Below are positions 14,248 through 18,646 of a stretch of DNA of 18,646 nt, in pieces. Source of the stretch: Candidatus Woesearchaeota archaeon (GTDB lineage: Archaea; Nanobdellota; Nanobdellia; SCGC-AAA011-G17; GW2011-AR18); the NCBI GenBank assembly GCA_018302765.1, contig JAGVZG010000009.1:1-18646 (forward strand), in the 5' to 3' direction. A model generated the notes under the pieces. That model searched no databases. It was not told where the DNA came from and was given only the letters and a program-made list of their open reading frames with translations. Within the stretch, counting starts at the first letter, position 1; each line of letters starts with the position of its first letter. The translations under genes and the position numbers were made by a program.

Positions 14248-14623
14248 ATTCTTTTTTTACCCCTTTAGATTTGTAATGTTCTAATATTCTCATAACGTCT
14301 TCTTCAGTTACAAATTTCATAGGATTCCAGAAATTAATATACTTTTCTAAAAATTGCACGTCCTCTTTTCTTGAAAACAACTCTGTTTCCTTAACTAAAT
14401 GCCTTATGCTTTCTTTGATTTTAAAAACATCTTGTTTAATTTCTTTTAGATCCTCATTAATTATTCTTACTTCACTCATTAATTTTTTGTATTCTTCAAC
14501 CATGTTGTTATTAATAATAAGAACTCTATCTCTAAGCAGATTATATTTTCCTTCCAAACTTCTTACTCTACTTGTAATATCAAAAAGTATCTCTTCTGGT
14601 GAATAAGTTTGCTCTGCTGTCAT
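14237..14623 (-). CDS. Coiled-coil protein, 128 aa
   Basis: Continuous heptad pattern ending in RKEDVQFLEKYINFWNPMKFVT. Confidence 0.85.
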   Translation of the reverse strand: MTAEQTYSPEEILFDITSRVRSLEGKYNLLRDRVLIINNNMVEEYKKLMSEVRIINEDLKEIKQDVFKIKESIRHLVKETELFSRKEDVQFLEKYINFWNPMKFVTEEDVMRILEHYKSKGVKKEYAR

Positions 14624-14704
14624 ATTAAACGAAAACTATTTTAACTAAGGTAAATAAAACAATTTAAATAATAAGGATTGTGTTAGTATATATAAGTAGT
14701 TAAT

Positions 14705-17700
14705 ATGGTATTATTCAAAAAAAAGGTGAAACCAGGGGAACATGAGATTCTTAAAGAAGGACCTGAGGAAATAATACATATAAATTATGAGTCTTATCCA
14801 AGAGTTCCATCTATTGAAGATGATCCAATAGTAATGGCTTCTGTAGTAGAAAAATTATCGCAAATACCTTCAATTGGACGAATAGTATTTCATCAAAAGA
14901 AAAAGTACGAGTACAACTATAATCAAACACAAATGCTTGTTGAAGTTTCTCAAATATACAGTCATTTCATAAAACAAAAGAGCATATTAACACAGGCAGC
15001 ATTAGAAATTTTTGGTCCATTGCCAGACGCATCTGCAAGAATTAGAAACTTGCAAAATATAATTCTAAATTTACTAAGAACAGACCCTATAGGTGCTTTT
15101 GTTGAGACAAAAAGATTGTTAAGAGAAGAAAAAATAAACCTGTCAAAAAATCCTCCAGAAGAATATAAAAATTCTATTCAGCCATATATTTCTGTAATAA
15201 CAGAAATTTATTCATTGCTTGCTGATACAAAATTAATTGCAAATGCAAAAGATTTTTTAGAAGGATATAATATTGGAGGCAGGGAAGCATACAAGAAATT
15301 ATTCTACCCAATAATAACTCCAGATTTTATGTACACAAGGCTTATTGTTACTCCACCAATAGATGCAGAAGTTATTGATTCATATTCATTAAGCAAGAAT
15401 ACACATGTGCAAATATTGAACACAAAAGATACAATAAAGCCGCTTTATCATGTTACGCCTCCAGAATTTCAGTTGTCTGAAGATAAATATGAACTGCTTG
15501 AATTAGCTAGGAAAGTATTGGCAGAGCATCAGCCAAAAGCAGAGGAATTTATAGACCCTGAAAAAATGAGGGAGACTTTTTTTAACATAGGAAGGGACCT
15601 AATTACAGAACTTGCAGAAACTAAAAGATTAGATTTAAAATTTAATGAGATAGAGGAATTGGCTCATGTTTTGGTTAGGTACACTGTGGGGTTTGGATTA
15701 ATTGAAACATTATTGCAGGATGAAGATGTGCAGGACATAGCAATAAACAGTCCACCAGGAACAACGCCAATGTTTTTAGTACATGGAAAATATGATGAAT
15801 GCATAACAAACATAACTCCTTCTGTCGAAGACGTTGAAGGCTGGGCATCAAAATTCAGATTGATTTCTGCCAGGCCTTTAGATGAAGCAAATCCTGTTTT
15901 AGATACAGAACTAATAATACCCGGAGTAAGAGCAAGAGTGGCTATAATTTCTAGACCATTAAATCCAACAGGACTTGCATTTTCAATTAGAAGACACAGA
16001 GACAAGCCATGGACATTTCCTTTATACATTGAGAATAAAATGATGAATGACTTGGCTGCAGGTTTACTTAGTTTTATTATAGATGGGTCTAGATCCATAC
16101 TTATAGCCGGAACTAGAGGATCGGGGAAAACCAGTGTCTTAGGATCTGTTTTAGTAGAAATTATGAGAAAATATAGAGTTATTTCGATTGAAGATAGTGT
16201 TATCGGAGATTGCGAAATTTTAATTAAAAGAGGAAACAAGATAGAAAAATCTACAATTGGAAATTTAATTGATTCAAATATAAGTAGTTACGGTTCTTGG
16301 TATAATCTATCAGATCATGAAATATCTGGCAACTATGAGGGTGTAGAAATATTAACAAGAAATAAAGAAAATAAAATTATTTGGGCTAAACCTATTAAAT
16401 TAATTAGGCACAAAGTAAACAAAAATATTTACGAAATAAAAACAAGAACTGGAAGAACAATTAAAGTTACCAAAGATCATTCATTATTTACTTTAGGAGA
16501 TGATTGCGAAATTAAAGAAATTAAACCTACAGAAATTAATACTGGATCTTATATTGCGACGCCAAGAAAGATACCATTAAATGAAAAGGATATTTTATCT
16601 ATTAATATTCTGGATTATTTTGATAGATTAAATAAAGGATTCCTTATCGGAGACAAAATAAAGGAATTTATAAAAAAGAATTATATCGAAATTAAACAAT
16701 TAGCTAAAGAAAATAAATATACTAGAACCATACCTTCGAGATGGCTTAGAAAAGGTATTTTACCAGTTGAAATATTAAAAGATTTAAATTGTTTAAGTAT
16801 AAATATTAAAAAAGAAAAAGAAATTTATTTTAAAATATCAGGCAATTCTGCAAAATTGTCTTCAGAAATAAAAATAGATAAAGAATTGTTAACATTAATA
16901 GGAATATGGTTAGCAGATGGTTGCTATGATAAAAATTCAATCATATTTTCGACATTTGATCAAGAAGATAGAGAAATTGTAAAAAATGTAGCACAAAAAT
17001 TGGGATTGCCTGTCAAAATTCATAGTGATGGTGGATCACATATGATTAATTCTAAAACATTAAAATTCTTATTTAAGGAAATATTTGAATTAAGAGGAAA
17101 TGCATATACAAAAAAAGTTCCAGATTGGATATTTAGCTTATCAAAAAAACAAATATCTTATGTATTAAAAGGAATATTTAGTGGTGACGGGTGTGTTAGT
17201 AAAAATGAAATTGTTATACCATTAAGTTCATTACAATTATTAAAAGATATACAGACTTTACTCTTAGGATTTGAAATAAATTTGAGAATAGGTAAAAAAA
17301 GAAAAGATGAAACATATAATGCAGGAATAAGCAATTTGAAAGGTTGGATTAAATTTAAAGAAAATATAGGTATTTTACAAAAATATAAGCAAGAAAGATT
17401 AGAAAAATTATGTAATAAAAATCCAACACATGATAAAACAGACATAATTCCATTATCTCAAATATTTAAAAAACAATTAGGTAATATTATAAAAAATCAA
17501 AGAATATATAACACAAATGATTATATAAATAGAAATAATAATTTGGGAAGAGAAAAGTTGGCAAGAATTATTTCTATCACACAAACTCAAGATATGGAAA
17601 TAAGAAAATTACAATTATTGGCAGATTCCGATTTATTTTGGGATGAAGTGTCTGAAATAAATCTATTAAAAAATGAAGAAACTTATGTTTATGATTTGTC

Positions 17701-18550
17701 TGTTCCTGAATATGAAAATTTTATTGTTAATAATATTTTAGCTCATAATACCTTAGAATTACCAACAGAGGCATTAAGACAATTCGGTTACAACATTCAA
17801 TCAATGAAAGTAAGGTCTGCATTATTGAAGTCTGGTTCTGAATTAGGTGCAGATGAAGGAATAAGAACTTCTTTGCGTATGGGAGACTCATCTTTGATTG
17901 TAGGAGAAATAAGATCAAACGAGGCATTTGCGTTGTATGAAGCAATGAGGGTAGGAGCCCTAGCAAATGTTGTTGCAGGAACAATTCATGGAGATTCACC
18001 TTATGGTGTATTTGATAGAGTAGTAAATGATCTGCAGGTTCCAAGAACAAGTTTTAAAGCAACAGATATAATTATAATTGCAAATCCAGTAAGATCAGCA
18101 GATGGCTTGCATAGATTCAGGAGAATAACACAAATTACAGAAGTAAGAAAGGAATGGGAGACAGATCCTTTAACAGAAGGTGGTTTTGTAGACTTAATGA
18201 GATATGATAGTAAGCTAGATACTTTAGTACCAACTGATGAATTAATAAATGGTGATTCAGAGATAATAAAGTCCATAGCTTCAAATGTAAGGGAATGGGC
18301 TGGAAACTGGGGTGCAATTTGGGAAAATATTTTGTTAAGGGCAAAAATAAAAAAGACCCTTGTTGAATATGCAAAGAATTATAACGTTCCAGATTTATTA
18401 GAAGCAAAAACAGCAATACAAATGAATGACGAATTTCATAGAGTAAGCGATAGGATAAATCAAGAGCTTGGAAAATTAGAGCCAAATAAGATATTTTTTG
18501 AGTGGGAAGAATCTTTGAAAAAATATATAAAATTAAATTACAAAATTTAA
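14705..18550 (+). CDS. Type IV pilus/type II-IV secretion ATPase (VirB11/TadA/ArlI-like), intein-containing; 763 aa after splicing
   Basis: LLQDEDVQDIAIN, FSIRR, Walker A GTRGSGKT (16109-16132), Asp box IED|TLEL split by the intein, Walker B LIVGEIR, His box GTIHG. Confidence 0.93.
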   Translation: MVLFKKKVKPGEHEILKEGPEEIIHINYESYPRVPSIEDDPIVMASVVEKLSQIPSIGRIVFHQKKKYEYNYNQTQMLVEVSQIYSHFIKQKSILTQAALEIFGPLPDASARIRNLQNIILNLLRTDPIGAFVETKRLLREEKINLSKNPPEEYKNSIQPYISVITEIYSLLADTKLIANAKDFLEGYNIGGREAYKKLFYPIITPDFMYTRLIVTPPIDAEVIDSYSLSKNTHVQILNTKDTIKPLYHVTPPEFQLSEDKYELLELARKVLAEHQPKAEEFIDPEKMRETFFNIGRDLITELAETKRLDLKFNEIEELAHVLVRYTVGFGLIETLLQDEDVQDIAINSPPGTTPMFLVHGKYDECITNITPSVEDVEGWASKFRLISARPLDEANPVLDTELIIPGVRARVAIISRPLNPTGLAFSIRRHRDKPWTFPLYIENKMMNDLAAGLLSFIIDGSRSILIAGTRGSGKTSVLGSVLVEIMRKYRVISIEDSVIGDCEILIKRGNKIEKSTIGNLIDSNISSYGSWYNLSDHEISGNYEGVEILTRNKENKIIWAKPIKLIRHKVNKNIYEIKTRTGRTIKVTKDHSLFTLGDDCEIKEIKPTEINTGSYIATPRKIPLNEKDILSINILDYFDRLNKGFLIGDKIKEFIKKNYIEIKQLAKENKYTRTIPSRWLRKGILPVEILKDLNCLSINIKKEKEIYFKISGNSAKLSSEIKIDKELLTLIGIWLADGCYDKNSIIFSTFDQEDREIVKNVAQKLGLPVKIHSDGGSHMINSKTLKFLFKEIFELRGNAYTKKVPDWIFSLSKKQISYVLKGIFSGDGCVSKNEIVIPLSSLQLLKDIQTLLLGFEINLRIGKKRKDETYNAGISNLKGWIKFKENIGILQKYKQERLEKLCNKNPTHDKTDIIPLSQIFKKQLGNIIKNQRIYNTNDYINRNNNLGREKLARIISITQTQDMEIRKLQLLADSDLFWDEVSEINLLKNEETYVYDLSVPEYENFIVNNILAHNTLELPTEALRQFGYNIQSMKVRSALLKSGSELGADEGIRTSLRMGDSSLIVGEIRSNEAFALYEAMRVGALANVVAGTIHGDSPYGVFDRVVNDLQVPRTSFKATDIIIIANPVRSADGLHRFRRITQITEVRKEWETDPLTEGGFVDLMRYDSKLDTLVPTDELINGDSEIIKSIASNVREWAGNWGAIWENILLRAKIKKTLVEYAKNYNVPDLLEAKTAIQMNDEFHRVSDRINQELGKLEPNKIFFEWEESLKKYIKLNYKI
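16196..17749 (+). mobile_element. Intein with LAGLIDADG homing endonuclease, 518 aa (residues 498-1015)
   Basis: Block A SVIGDCEILI, block B VTKDHSLF (TxxH), blocks C/E LIGIWLADG and LKGIFSGDG, blocks F/G YDLSVPEYENFIVNNILAHN, +1 Thr. Removal restores IEDTLEL. Confidence 0.95.
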
Positions 18551-18557
18551 AAATTTA

Positions 18558-18646
18558 ATGCAAAAAGACGAAATAAAGAGGAGATTAATTTTAATTCTAA
18601 ATGTATTTAAAGAAGATGCAATTGAAGCACTGGACTCAACACATGA
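18558..18646 (+). CDS. Partial hypothetical protein (runs off the right edge), MQKDEIKRRLILILNVFKEDAIEALDSTH...
   Basis: ATG 7 nt after the ATPase stop, open to the end of the window. Confidence 0.5.
   Translation, partial: MQKDEIKRRLILILNVFKEDAIEALDSTH

Noticed and set aside
731-18485. Short antisense or alternate-frame ORFs in the track (e.g. 731..961, 1208..1495, 11985..12329, 12627..12932, 15664..16239, 17727..18050)
   Set aside because: They lie within or opposite well-supported genes, have no recognisable motifs, and are expected as shadows of codon bias.
1-18646. tRNA/rRNA genes, or a tRNA attachment site for the recombinase
   Set aside because: No GC-rich cloverleaf or rRNA-like segment seen; the GC-rich patch near 13135-13165 is Gly codons.

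Overview
AT-rich archaeal chromosomal segment. The gene set (archaeal-type ArgRS, TraB-domain protein, PRC-barrel protein, VirB11/TadA-like ATPase, TATA-type promoters) and the many lineage-type hypothetical genes suggest a DPANN archaeon of the Woesearchaeota/Pacearchaeota type; this placement is inference. Left part: argS and conserved hypotheticals. At 3290-4994 two paralogous coiled-coil + winged-helix genes form the most unusual locus. The first contains, inside its reading frame, a canonical-looking ORB element (dyad + G-string, 3465-3486) directly followed by (AATC)n tracts. The spacer between the two genes holds eight copies of an ACCGAA motif in direct and inverted arrangement. About 3 kb further on lies an 11-6-11 dif-like site (6601-6628) near a XerA-type tyrosine recombinase gene. 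Around it is an accessory-looking stretch: Fic protein with His-to-Gln motif change, RsbW-like ATPase, two unrelated ORFs sharing a near-identical promoter/operator, and a VapBC pair whose toxin is frameshifted. Right part: a site-2-protease homolog lacking its zinc histidines, TraB-domain and PRC-barrel genes, three paralogous membrane proteins, two coiled-coil genes, and a pilus/secretion ATPase split by a 518-aa LAGLIDADG intein. Best candidate for an undescribed system: an intragenic replication origin with its own wHTH proteins and repeat array, next to the Xer/dif resolution locus. No database searches or computations were run; all family calls come from motif reading.
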